This document shows positions 49,500 to 61,731 of a stretch of DNA of 64,000 nucleotides, one piece after another. The position numbers and the translations under genes were made by a program. How positions within the stretch are numbered: position 1 is the first letter of the stretch; every line of letters starts with the position of its first letter. Where the stretch lies: contig NC_086097.1 in NCBI RefSeq assembly GCF_963921235.1, forward strand, positions 101,868,001-101,932,000, written 5' to 3'. The stretch comes from Mobula hypostoma. Taxonomy: Eukaryota. Below the pieces are notes generated by a model. It searched no databases and was not told the DNA's origin. It worked only from the letters and a program-made list of their open reading frames with translations.

Positions 49500-50663
49500 G
49501 GGCCATGGGCTGTCCGTACTTTCAGAGAGGGGAGTGTAGGCGAGGGTGTCGAATTGTGGGGTCATGGGCCGTCCGTACTTTCAGAGAGGGGAGTGTAGGC
49601 GAGGGTGCCAAATTACAGGGCCATGGGCCGTCCATACTTTCAGAGAGGGGAGTGTAGGCGAGGGTGCCAAATTACAGGGCCATAGGCCATCCGTACTTTC
49701 AGAGAGGGGAGTGTAGGCGAGGGTGCCTAATTACAGGGCCATGGGCCGTCCGTACTTTCAGAGAGGGGAGTGTAGGCGAGGGTGTCGAATTGTGGTGTCA
49801 TGGGCCGTCCGTACTTTCAGAGAGGGGAGTGTAGGCGAGGGTGCCGAATTACAGGGCCATGGGCCATCCGTACTTTCAGAGAGGGGAGTGTAGGCGAGGG
49901 TGCCAAATTACAGGGCCATGGGCCGTCCGTACTTTCAGAGAGGGGAGTGTAGGCGAGGGTGCCAAATTACAGGGCCATGGGCCGTCCGTACTTTCAGAGA
50001 GGGGAGTGTAGGCGAGGGTGTCGAATTGTGGGGTCATGGGCCGTCCGTACTTTCAGAGAGGGGAGTGTAGGCGAGGGTGCCAAATTACAGGGCCATGGGC
50101 CTTCCGTACTTTCAGAGAGGGGAGTGTAGGCGAGGGTGTCGAATTGTGGGGTCATGGGCCGTCCGTACTTTCAGAGAGGGGAGTGTAGGCGAGGGTGCCA
50201 AATTACAGGGCCATGGGCCATCCGTACTTTCAGAGAGGGGAGTGTAGGCGAGGGTGCCAAATTACAGGGCCATGGGCCGTCCGTACTTTCAGAGAGGGGA
50301 GTGTAAGCGAGGGTGTCGAATTGTGGGGTCATGGGCCGTCCATACTTTCAGAGAGGGGAGTGTAGGCGAGGGTGCCAAATTACAGGGCCATGGGCCATCC
50401 GTACTTTCAGAGAGGGGAGTGTAGGCGAGGGTGTCGAATTGTGGGGTCATGGGCCGTCCATACTTTCAGAGAGGGGAGTGTAGGCGAGGGTGTCGAATTG
50501 TGGGGTCATGGGCCGTCCATACTTTCAGAGAGGGGAGTGTAGGCGAGGGTGTCGAATTGTGGGGTCATGGGCCGTCCATACTTTCAGAGAGGGGAGTGTA
50601 GGCGAGGGTGTCGAATTGTGGGGTCATGGGCCGTCCATACTTTCAGAGAGGGGAGTGTAGGCG
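49500..50663 (+). repeat. 59-bp minisatellite, ~19-20 copies, within the PNMA-like gag
   Basis: ccatgggccgtccgtactttcagagaggggagtgtaggcgagggtg(ccaaattacaggg|tcgaattgtggggt). Confidence 0.95.
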
Positions 50664-52309
50664 AGGGTGCTGAATTACAAGTCTAGTTTTCCATAGCCAA
50701 GGGCGGAAACTTTAAAGACAAGTTGCTCTAGTTTCAGCGAGTGGGGGGAAGGAGCTGTCTGATGTGAAAGGTCCACTGAGTCCTTCAGCTTTTGATTTAA
50801 ACTGAGCTCGTTTTGGTTATTACATCACTGGTTGATAAATGCTGAAGTACATCTGCGGAGAACCGAAGTTATTGTAGGCTGGGAGTGATCTCTGGGGTCA
50901 AGCCCACACCCAGTGGGGAAGAAGAATAGGAGGTTTGGACTAAGCAGGCATCTCAGTTATCAGATGAATGGCAGTGCTCGGATAATATGGAAAAACTGAC
51001 GCTGGTAGAGAGATGAAAGGGGACGGTGACTGATAGAGTGAGGTTGCTCAAGGCAGAAAACCCATTAGCTGTGTCAGCTAATTACCTGCAAGCTCTGCTG
51101 GAAGTGCAGCCGATCTTAGGAAGGAGTTAAGGCTCACATTTCAGGAGGAAATAGAGAAGCTGCCTGCCTACATTTTCAGGTTGGAGGAGCTGCTACACTG
51201 TTTGTGCCACAAAGGGGGCATTCAACTGTCTGAGAGAAATTGCTTGAGGATGGAGCAAGCTGTGAAGAGTGTGTTGTAATGTGGAGTAATTGCTCTGCAT
51301 ATTCGAATGACCCACAGGATACGTCCTCCTTCCCTTACTGAGTTACTCAGAGAAGTTGGAGAGGAGGAAAACGCGATAGTGGAGCTGGAGGCTTCGGTTA
51401 GCAGGGCAAATTCATCGGTAGTAGCTGCTGTTGCTGAAGCGACCCCTGATGTCCAACAGGCGGGGGTTTTACAGGATTTGTGAAAGATTTGAGAGCAGAG
51501 GTATCCCGGTTGATATCAGTGGATGCTGTCACCAAGCATGACAAGGCCGATAGGGAGCCGGACCCACTGATGAACGTGCTAAGCAGACGGCTGCTACTGA
51601 ACAGGGTCCTTGACCAGGGAAGTGACCAATATTTACTGTTACAGCTGTGGAGAAGATGGACATTTCAAGCAGGAGTGTGAAGGAAATTAAAATTTTTGAA
51701 AATTAAATCAGCGATGAATCAAGCAGTGAAAAAAGAGGTAAAACTACGGAGGGACCCAGCAAAGGAACAGGCTGATGTTTCGGAGAGGATACGTTCCTAT
51801 CAGTGTATCAAAGGAAATAGTCAAGTACAGAACACTATTCCTGGAGGTTTAGTGGGACCAAGCTCTGATGTATCCATACGGATTGAAGGCGTTTATGCTA
51901 GAGCCATACTTGACACAGGTTCTCGAGTAACTTTGTTTTATCGATCCTTTTACAACTGGTTTTTGACACATTTACCAATGACGCCACTCAGTGCCCTTGC
52001 AATTCTGATGGTTGGTGCTGATGAGTACCATTGCGATGGCCACTTGGAGCATGCAAGGAGAGGAATGGAGAGAACTATTTGAACACCTTATCCATTCACC
52101 GTGTCCAGAGCAGCTTTCGAGAAGGTGCGAGCTTTTCTTAAGCAGGATGATGAGTATAAATGAGGAACTGTGTGGTACGGCCAGTCTAAACCCGTCATGT
52201 TATGTCGTGGAGGAGGAGCCAGAGTGGAAGCAACCCCAGAATTTGATGGAATGTCCAAGGAATGGAAAAGTTGATTAATTGAGAAGGTGCTGGGACGCGA
52301 AGAAACGTT

Positions 52310-53572
52310 TTTTTTCCCTGCCATCCATGTACCTATCCGGCTACATCCTTGTAAATTTTCTCTGTATTCGTTCAACCTTGTTTACATCTTTCCTGTACGT
52401 AGGTGACCAAAACTGCACACAATACTCCAAATTAGACCTCACCAACATCTTGTACAACCTTAACGTAAAATCTATTTTCTATACTCAGTACATTGATTTA
52501 TGAAGGCCAATGTGCCAAAAGCTTTCTTTACAACCTTATCTACCTGTGACGCCACTTTCAATGAATTCACCTGTTTTCCCAGATCACTTTGTTCAACGAC
52601 ACTCCTCAGTGCCCTACCGTTTACTCTGTAAAACCTACCATGGTTGGACCTACAAAAGTGCAAAATCTTGCACTTATCTACATTGAATTCCATCTGCCAT
52701 TTTCAGCCCATTTTTCCAGCTGATACAGATCCTCTGCAAGCCATGATAGCCTTCCTCACTGTCCACTACACACTGTCTTGGTGTCATCCACAAATCTGCT
52801 AACCCAGTTAACAACATTATCATCCAGATCATTGATATAGATGACAAACAACAACAGACCCATCACTAGTCCCTATGGCGCTCCACAGGCCTCCAGTCAG
52901 AGAGGCAACCACCTACTACCACTCTCTGGCTTCTCCCACAAAGTCAATGTCTAATCCAGTTTACTACCTCATCTTGAATGCCGAGCCACTGAACCTTCTT
53001 GATCAACCTCCCACGCAGGACCTTGTCAAATGCCTTACTAAAGTTCATGTAGACAACATCTACTGTCTTACCTTCATCCACTTCAGCCCATTTCATAATT
53101 TACTGGCATAATTTACATATTACTATTTAACTATTTATGGTTCTATTACTATTTATTATTTATAGTGCAACTGTAACAAAAAACAATTTCCCCCGGGATC
53201 AATAAAGTATGACTAACTAAACTAACTAACTAACTAACTTTCCTGGCAACTTCGCAAAATACTCTATAAGATTGGTTAGGTGTGACCCACTATGCGCAAA
53301 GCCATACTGACTATCTTTATTCAGTCCATGTCTATCCAAATACTTATATATCCGGTCCCTTAGAGTACCTTCCAATAACTTTCCCACTACTGATGTCAAA
53401 CCCTCCAGCCTATAATTTCCTGGTTTCTATTTAGAGCCTTTTTTAAAACAGCAGAACAGCATTGACTATCCTCCAATCCTTTGGTACCTCTCCTGTCACT
53501 AAGTATGTTTTAAATATCTCTGCTAACACCCTGGCAATTTCTGCATTTGCCTCCTGTAGGGGTCAAGGGAAC
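52310..53572 (-). mobile_element. CR1 RT fragment (with a small insert ending in (CTAA)n at ~53085-53238)
   Basis: MEFNVDKCKILHF..VVKKAFGTLAFI. Confidence 0.85.
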
Positions 53573-56079
53573 ACATTCAAAAATGGTTCCTAACTGAAGC
53601 ACAACTTACATTTAAAAGGGCAGTTGAAATTGCTGTTTCAATGGAAACAAGACAGAGATTTGCAGTCAGGATTGAAAGCGAGCATGAACAAAATTGCCGT
53701 GTCTAAACAGAAACCTGACTGGCTGAACAAATTGTGTTACCTTTGTGGCAGGGGCTCACATAGACCAGACCAATGCAGGTTTAAAGGTGAAACTTGAAGA
53801 AAATGCAACAATCCAAGGGTACGTACAAAGAGCATGTTGGGCACATAAAAATAAATGGACTGCACAGGGAAAAGAAAAAGCTAAAAAGTCAAGTTGCAAT
53901 TTCAAAAACAGTACTAATATGCATGCTGTTGATGAAAAATCTGATAATGATGAATTAATGCAGGACTGCGTAGCCTTGAGATTCACAGTGTGAAAATTAG
54001 CAATAAACAACAATATGGCTTACATCAGAAGTGAACAGCAAATTGATTAAAATTAAATTAGACACTTGCTTGGCCATTTCAGACGTTCCACTAAATGAGT
54101 TTGAATGGCATTTCAAAGATACTAAACAGAAGCCTGCAGTTGTACAACAAGGAACTTATACTGGAAAAAAGATAACTCCTGTGGGAATCGTATTCTTAAT
54201 AGTGGCATTCTTAACAGTGAAATGCAGCAACTAACGAGCCACATTAGGCTTGTATGTGGGGGGAGAAAAACAGGAAGACCAGCATTGTGGGTAAGACAAT
54301 ATCTTGATTGGGGATCCATCCACGATTTGCATGACACATACCCTGCAATGAAGCCAACTGAAAGCGAATTAAGAAAGGTACTGGATAAAGCCTCAGCTGT
54401 GTCTATGTTATGCATCATGAACCATTGCCCAAGAGAGGACAAGCAGGGTGTTGGTGCCAACCTCTGTGCCTCTGGTTGGAAAGTAATTGGACCAAGGAAG
54501 GAGCATGCTGCTCAAAGGAATCGTGAAAGTGACAAAAGCAGTGGATCAACTACAACAGTTTTTGTTGGTAACATCTCAGAAAGCCTCTGATATGTTAATC
54601 GGGCAGTTACTTGCAAAACGTGGCTTGGCTCTAAGCTGTAAGAGAGTTCAAGGAGCTTCAGGAAAGTTGCAAGCATTTGTCTTGTGTGTATAAAGAACCA
54701 GAATCTACTCAGCGAGCTTTTAAAGTTATTGCATGAACTTCAAGTAGGAGACAAAAAGCCATTTGTAAAATTAGACGCAAAAACCAACTGGATGAATGGA
54801 AGGCCAAAAAGAAAGGAGTTAATGATATACAAAATAGAGAATTCATCAGATGATGGTGTAGATGAGGAAACCAGGAGGAGAGATCAGATCGTAAAGTGAA
54901 CAATAGAAGGATGAATAGGAGAACACTCCAGTGAACTAAATGCACCTTCCCAAGATCAAGATGCACAAAGTAGAAGAAGAAAGAAAAATGTCAAGCGCTG
55001 TCAGAACCACTACCTGCAGTCCCAGAGTCAACTCCTACGACCAGCACAGAGGAGGCCCCTGAACCTGAGATTGTTTCACAGCCACAAGTCTCACCTTCTG
55101 AGCAGAGTGACCACCTTGTCGGGAAAGTGTAAGAGAACCTCCACAATGATTAATTCTTTAGGCCTGAATGGGACAATTTGAAATTTACTATGCTGTGGAT
55201 GTCTGTATGTAATAGTTGTATTATACAGTATACTATATTATTATGATTCAGTATACTGTGTCTATAGTTGAGATGCATTCTTTGTTGAGTTGGAGTTTAT
55301 AGCTAAGCAGGGAGGAGTGTTGTGTATTTGATATTTCAGTAATATTTGATTAATCTTGCATGTGTGTATATATATCAGTTGATCAAAAATTTTTGTTTAA
55401 ATAATTCATTACGAGTTGTATGCATAAATACATGAACTGCATACATCATCACACTACCACATGGTACGTTTTATGCCTCGCTTAAAGTAAAACAAAGTTA
55501 GACCCACTTTCAGACTCCCGTGTCTTCCTTTGAATTAGCTTAATGTTTTGAAGTTACAAAACATAATACGTACAATTTTAAATTGTCCATGTACAGAAGG
55601 TGTGTCAAGGTATAATCAGTTTAGTTGTCTCTGATTCAGTATGCTATTTTTGTCTGATTCAGAGAGCGGGTTTAAAACTAGACAAAACCAGAGTAGGGAT
55701 GTCGCCTGGAAAAAGCCTGTTTATTTTGATAACTGTGGTTTTCTGGTTGTTAACAGATAGGGTGATTATAGTACGCCAGTGCTTCTTCAGATGTTGTAGG
55801 GATTTCACAAGTATTGGGTGTAGATATACAGATATATATCAATCAACTTCTCTAAACTATGAGCATGGGATAGAATCAAATGCTTTGTGCTGGTCAATAT
55901 AACACATGAAAAATTTCTGCTTTTCCTCTGGGCTTGATTTAAAATTACAGACTCTATTATCAGTTGTTCTTTACATCTTTCCGTTCCCTTACAGCATCCT
56001 TTCTGCTCTTTTGTAAGTATATTATGGTTATTTAAGTGAGTGGTGATTAGTTGTAAGATGCATGATGTTACGGTTTTAT

Positions 56080-57666
56080 GGTGGTTGTCTCTCGGGGTCC
56101 GAGGAAGACTAAACATTGTGCAGTCATCTGTGGATATGCACGTGACTTCAGGGGCCGAAGGCTGAAGCACACAAGCAGTTGCAGGTTGGACATGCAATGG
56201 TGGTTGTTAGAACAGGTGCACACACAGCTTTGTGGCATTGGTCTCGTGCTGCTGCAAGGCGCTGATTTCAGTCATCCTCAGTCAGATGCAGCTTCTCTGG
56301 TCAGGGTGCGCCACACAGCCCTGTTGGCTGCGGACTCCTCAAGTTGTCGAGGCTGGAGGTCTGCCCATTTGATGTACGATTTCAGATTGTCTTTGAATCA
56401 TTTTTTGGGGCGGTCCTGATTGTGACTGCCATGCTCAAGCTCACCGTAGAGCAGATGCCTGGGGATTCTTGTTTCACCCATGCAGATTACATGGCCAGTC
56501 CAGTGTAGCTGGGACTGGAGGATCCTTGCCTCAACGCTTGTGCTGTTGGCTCTGTCAAGGACTTCTTGGTTGGTGATTCGGTCCTGCCATCGAATCCTCA
56601 TGATCGACAGCAGAGAGCGCGTGTGAAGGTGCTCCAGCTGTTTGATGTGCCTGTGGTACAGGGTCCAGGTTTTGCAGCCGTACAGGAGAGAGGTGAGAAC
56701 CACAGCCTTGTACACCTTGAGCTTGGTTGAAAGCTGATTGTCCTTGTGCTCTAAAACTTTGACACGGAGTTTCCCAAGTGCCTGGCTGGCTTTCTGGATC
56801 CTTGCTATGATCTCTTTGTCAAGGGATCCGTCACTGGAGATGGTGCTTCCTAGATACTTGAAGCTCTCCACATTCTTCAGGACAGTGCCGTCGATGGTGA
56901 TGCATGGCTGATGAGGGTGACTGTTTAGTGCAGGTTGTAGGAGAACTTCTGTCTTACCGAGGCTGATTGTCAGGCCGAACAGCTTTGAGGCTGCGGAGAA
57001 CTTGTCAACAATCGTCTTCAGGTGGTTCTCCTGGTGGGCCATGAGGGCACAGTCATCAGCAAACAGGGCTTCAGTGATGAGCCTCCTCAACGTTTTGGTC
57101 TTTGCAGCAAGGCGTCTCAGGTCAAACATTGATCCGTCTAGGCGATATCTTATGTAAATACCCAGGTCTAGGTCCTTAACAGCATGCTTCAGCATTTGGG
57201 TGAAGAAGAGGTTGAAGAGCACTGGTGCTAGAACACACCCTTGCTTCATGCCATTTGAGATGTTGAAAGTCTCAGATGGGGAACCATCTGAGAACATTTC
57301 TCCTGTCGTGCCATCGTGGAGCAGGTGGATGAGTGTAGTGAATTTCTGCGGGCAGCCAAGCTTTCTAAGGATGATCCACAGTGCATTTCTGTTGACCGTG
57401 TCAAACGCCTTCATCAGATCAATGAGGACAGAGTATAATGTCATGTTCTGTTCCAAGCACTTCTCCTGTATCTGTCTCACTGCGAAGATCAAGTTGACAG
57501 TGCTGAGTTCGGGGCGAAAGCCGCATTGTGACTCGGGAAGGTTCTCTTCTGACACTGTTGGAATCAGTCTGTTGAGGATGATGCGGGCAAGGATTTTTCC
57601 GGCAATGGAAAGTAGTGAGATGCCTCTGTAGGTCCTGCAGTCGGTCCTTGAACCTTTAATTTTTTA
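56080..57666 (-). mobile_element. RTE (BovB-like) LINE, 5'-truncated, with an uninterrupted 385-aa RT ORF
   Basis: LPESQCGFRP, IDL.KAFDTVNR, QGCVLAP.LFN, LFADDCAL, FKYLGS, LLYGC.TW; TSD tac(g/a)gttttat at 56069-56079 and 57667-57677. Confidence 0.88.
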
Positions 57667-57926
57667 TACAGTTTTATACATAGCTTGTAAATAAGTAATA
57701 GAATGATACTTTGGTCATTTGTGATTTCTCCTTCAGGTAAGAGATGTGATTTACCTTCTGTAAAAATTCAGGCATTTTTTCAAGAATTTTAAGAAAATTG
57801 TTTATATGCATTATTCGGTACGGATGAGGACAAGTAAAATTTTTATACCAATAATTATGAGTATTATCACTGCTGGTAATTTTCCAGTTTCCAGTTGTGG
57901 ATATTTTTATAACTGCTTTTGGCATA

Positions 57927-58775
57927 TGTGAGGGGATCCTGAAGTGCCCCTATTAACTGTGCTTTTGAAGAGAGAGAGAGAGTTAGTTACCACCGATGGT
58001 TTGTTTTGAAAAGAGGTTTGGAGACAGCACCGAGCAGCTTGAAAGTTGCTATGGTGACCAAAGGCAGATTATTAATGTTACTTTCAAGGACTTGTTGCCT
58101 GCTTACATTTCTTCACAGACAAAGGAAGGAGGGATTACTTGAATAACAGTTGATGGTCAGTACGGTGAGATAAATGGGAGGTCAGATGATACAGACCTCA
58201 GACACATGATCTGGACACTGAATGAGCATTGTTGTGCCCGCAGGAAAAGTGCGTTTTGGAGGATCGACCAGGTGGATCGATTCAATTGCTCTTGCAGTGG
58301 AAGGAGGAGAAGGGGTTGACTGGTGGGGAGTTGTCTATGTGTCCACCCTTGCCTGGGTGATAGCTCCACCACAGAAAACCGGTCCCCCTTGTTAAAGTCA
58401 CAGTCGGTGACTTGTAAAGGACTTCGGAGGACGACGAGAAGATTGACGGCATCAACTCACGTGAAAACTCAAATCTCTCCCTCTCTCTCTCTTTCCATCG
58501 CTAGTCAACTAAATACCACGAACTGAACTGAACTTTACTCACCATCATAAGACTGTATCTTTTTAACCCTAGACTTAAAAAAGCTTGGTTTTTTTTCATA
58601 CATATATATTCCACACTTACTTTTACATAATCATTGCTAACTTGTTTGATTTATCTACATTTATATTACTGTATTGTATAGTTACTAATAAATATTATTA
58701 GTTTATAGCAATACTGGACTCCAAAGTGTTTCCCATCTCTGCTGGTTCTTTATTCCCGTCACGGGGTTCGTGACA
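57927..58775. mobile_element. Solo LTR with 4-bp TSD CATA
   Basis: TGTGAG...GTGACA flanked by CATA at 57923-57926 and 58776-58779. Confidence 0.85.
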
Positions 58776-59087
58776 CATATCTATTCTAAATTCAGGTGCT
58801 TGTATGTCTACAGTTGTGAGTGTGCTCCTTTCTCTGCCTAATCCAGATGGCTTCTTGATTGTGCATCACCCTGTTTGACCAGATATTAGACCAGAAGGTC
58901 ATTATCTCTGTGTTTGTTGGTAATTCTGTGGTCGGTTTGGTGACACTTTGGTGTGTCAAATTTAGTTTTACTGTCCTGTATAAACATTTTTATTGCTCCT
59001 GAACTGATAATTTTGTTTTCTTCATATTTCATGTATCTACTTAGTCTGCCTTTGTATGCAGCAAGCATTTGTTTTAGTGTATCTATA

Positions 59088-60058
59088 AATTGAATTGAAT
59101 TTGCTTTCTTGCTTACATCCCTCATGTACATGAGGAGTAAAAATCTTTATGTCTCTGTCTAAATGTGCAATTATAGTAATTTATAATAAATATTATGTAC
59201 AACAGGACAGTCAATATAACATAGAGATACAGTTGTCTCAGCATGAATTAATCAGTCTGATGGCCTGGTGGAAGGAGCTGTCTTGGAGCCTGTTGGTCCT
59301 GGCTTTTATGTTGTGATACCGCTTCCCAGATGGAAGCAGCTGGAACAGTTTGTGGTTGGGGTGACTCGGGTCTCCAATAGTCCTTTGGGCCCTATTTACA
59401 CACCTGTCTTTGTAAATATCCTGAATAGTGGGAAGTTCACTTCTACAGATGCGCTGGGCTGTCTGCACCACTCTCTGCAGAGTCCTGTGATTGAGGGAAG
59501 TACAGTTCCCATACCAGGCAGTGATACAGCCAGTCAGGATGCTCTCAATTGTGCCCCTATAGAAAGTTCTTAGAATTTGGGGGCCCATACCAAACTTCTT
59601 CAACCGGCTGAGGTGAAAGAGACGCTGTTGTGCCTTTTCAACCACACATTTGGTATGTACAGACCACATGAGATCTTCGGTGATGTGGATGCTGAGGAAC
59701 TTAAAGCTGTTCACCTTCTCAACCCAGATCCATTGATGTCTATAGGGTTAGCCTATCTCCATTCCTCCTGTAGTCCACAACCAGCTCCTTTGTTTTTGCA
59801 ATATTGAGGGTGAGGTTGTTTTCTTGACACCACTGTGTCAGGGTGATGACTTCCTCTCTGTAGGCTGCCTCATTATTATTTGAGATTAGGCCAATTGGTG
59901 TAGCATCATCAGCAAATTTAATTAGCAGATTGGAGCTGTGGGTGGCGACACAGTCATGGTATAAAAGGAGTAAAGGAGGGGGCTTGGTACACAGCCCTGG
60001 GGGGCACCTGTGTTGAGGGTCAAAGGGGCAGAGGTGAGGGAGCCCACTCTTACCACTT
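59088..60058 (-). mobile_element. Rex1/Babar-type LINE 3' ~1 kb
   Basis: FKFL.IHITEDL.W..KAQQRLFHL..FYRGTIESILTGCITAWYGNC..LLPSGKRY; GAPQG and FADD motifs upstream. Confidence 0.85.
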
Positions 60059-60627
60059 GAATTCTACAGTGCTTTTGTTGGGTTGATCATATCTGGTGTG
60101 GACAGTGTATTTCCTTACCTTTTCCCCGAACTTGCTTGCTCAGGTTATCCATTTTATGCTTCATTAGGTGGGCTATTTCTGCTCTTAAAAGTTTCAATTC
60201 CGTTTCTTAATCTCTTCTGCCATTTTGGTGTTCTCATTTGATTAGTCAGTTTTGGATTTCTGTTAATGACTGCCTCTTTTCTGTAACTTGAATTCCCAAT
60301 CCTTTTGTTCAGTGTCATAACCAATGAACGTAGCATATGCTTTCCTACCCTAACCCCATCTCCTTGCAGTGAGCTGTGGTCTCGGATCCCAAAATCCCTT
60401 GGCATACCAATGCTTTTAAGAGTCCTGCCATTAACTGTATACTTTCCACCTTCATTATTTATTTTTTCTTTCTATGTGATCATGTGTTGTATTGTGCTGC
60501 TGCTAACTTAACGCATTTCACGACACGTGCTGTGATAATAAATTTGATTCTGATTCTGAAGCTCCTCGCTCTTGTTTAGATTGAACTCCAACCCGCCATT
60601 TCTCCACCCATGTCCGGAACTGCTCTA

Positions 60628-60932
60628 CAGCACTGCGCAAAAGTCCTTAGGCACCCTAGATGTTTTATATGGTTTCATGTCTCAACATCATCGACACTGT
60701 CTATGATTACCTGGAGAGATAGAAGTGAGACAGTCAAAGTCTGCAGATGAACAGTGGCAAAGCCAAAGGCTGGTCACACCAAATATCGATTTGATTTAGG
60801 TTCTTTTTTAACTGTTTACTGCTCATTATAGTTTTTTTTGATATTTAGAGTCCATTCATTTCATTATTTTTGAAAGCACCTTCACTTTACAGATTTTTTT
60901 TTACATGTGCCAAAGTCTTTTGCACAGAACTG
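60628..60932 (+). mobile_element. Tc1-like non-autonomous DNA transposon (MITE)
   Basis: TA TSDs (60626-27, 60933-34); imperfect TIRs CAGcACTGcGCAAAAG../..CTTTTGCACAGAACTG; internal LNII and GHTKY transposase remnants. Confidence 0.8.
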
Positions 60933-61695
60933 TACATTCTGCTGTATCCTTTGCAAGGCCTCCACACTGTTATTTGCTCCCTCTCCCTATTCATGTTTTG
61001 TTTCCAGCCTTGACTATTGGATTCATTCCTTGTCAATGATCATGAATACATCACACAGTCCCTTTACACAGTCTGCTGCATTTTTGAAAAAAGTAATTTA
61101 TAAAGTTTATTGTTGTGTAGGAGTGGTCCCACATTGTTCAGTCATAAAACTTCTGAATGTTGTTGGAAAAAATAATCTTATGGTCAAGTGTCATTTTCTC
61201 ATGAGATGAAGAAAAAAATTTCTCACTCTTAACAAGTGAATGTCCCATTATTTTTTACAAAGGCATACTTTATTCTGTTTCAAGGCTAATGTCCAATTGG
61301 GAGGAAAATGTTCCTGTATTCAAGATTGTTTAATGTTATTTTTGGTACATGACTGTAAAAGAGAATGAAATAATTGTCACTCCAGATCTTAATAGCACAA
61401 AAAAACACTAAGATAAAGAACACAATAACAAAATAACACACTAAATATAAATGTGTAAAATAGCTTATATACATTGATTGTATGTCCATAAAGTGACACT
61501 AGGCACAGGAGTGTCTGTACATAAGGTGACTGACAGCAAAACGATAAAGTGGTGGGGGTGTGGGGGTGTGGAGGTGTGGGTTAGTGGGTGGAGGTGTTGA
61601 CCAGTCTTACTGCTTGAGGAAGCTAGCTATTTGTGACATACATCAAAGTTGCTGGTGAACGCAGCAGGCCAAGCAGCATCTGTAGGAAGAGGTGC

Positions 61696-61731
61696 AGTCG
61701 ACGTTTCAGGCCGAGACCCTTCGTCAGGACT
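61696..61731 (-). ncRNA. Minimal type I hammerhead ribozyme (identical to 63085-63120)
   Basis: Reverse complement of agtcgacgtttcaggccgagacccttcgtcaggact. Confidence 0.85.

Larger units (their letters stand above)
45904..52300 (+). mobile_element. Nested Gypsy element with PNMA-like gag, CCHC knuckle and aspartic protease remnants
   Basis: WCESK..VLSRVD..LIRVL (49241-49657); PTPSGEEE..EWQC (~50900-50980); CYSCGEDGHFKQEC (~51636-51680); ARAILDTGSRVTL (51696-52082); LTR pieces at 45904-46075 and ~48650-49130. Confidence 0.72.
45374..55568 (+). mobile_element. Gypsy element (5' LTR 45374-45585, PBS tggtgatgag, gag start 45876; gag/PR remnants 53575-54400; PPT agcagggaggag; 3' LTR 55318-55568) with nested insertions
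   Basis: Paired similar LTRs ending gttacaaaaca(taata); gag start atggctggctacattggaaag shared with 34117; protease-like IKIKLDTC. Confidence 0.78.
43695..60310 (-). mobile_element. R4/Dong-type (RLE) LINE, fragmented by many nested insertions (pieces ~43695-44046, 45063-45373, 55569-56079, 57667-57926, 58776-59085, 60060-60310)
   Basis: NWK...HNYWYK (57674-57925), EQKGC..CKEQLII (55805-56197), LTHLLYMDNLKLY (~55570-55610), VANIIHQNLALKY (43760-43984), colinear on -. Confidence 0.72.

Noticed and set aside
49500..50663. CRISPR-like repeat/spacer pattern
   Set aside because: The variable segment has only two recurring versions; this is a minisatellite.
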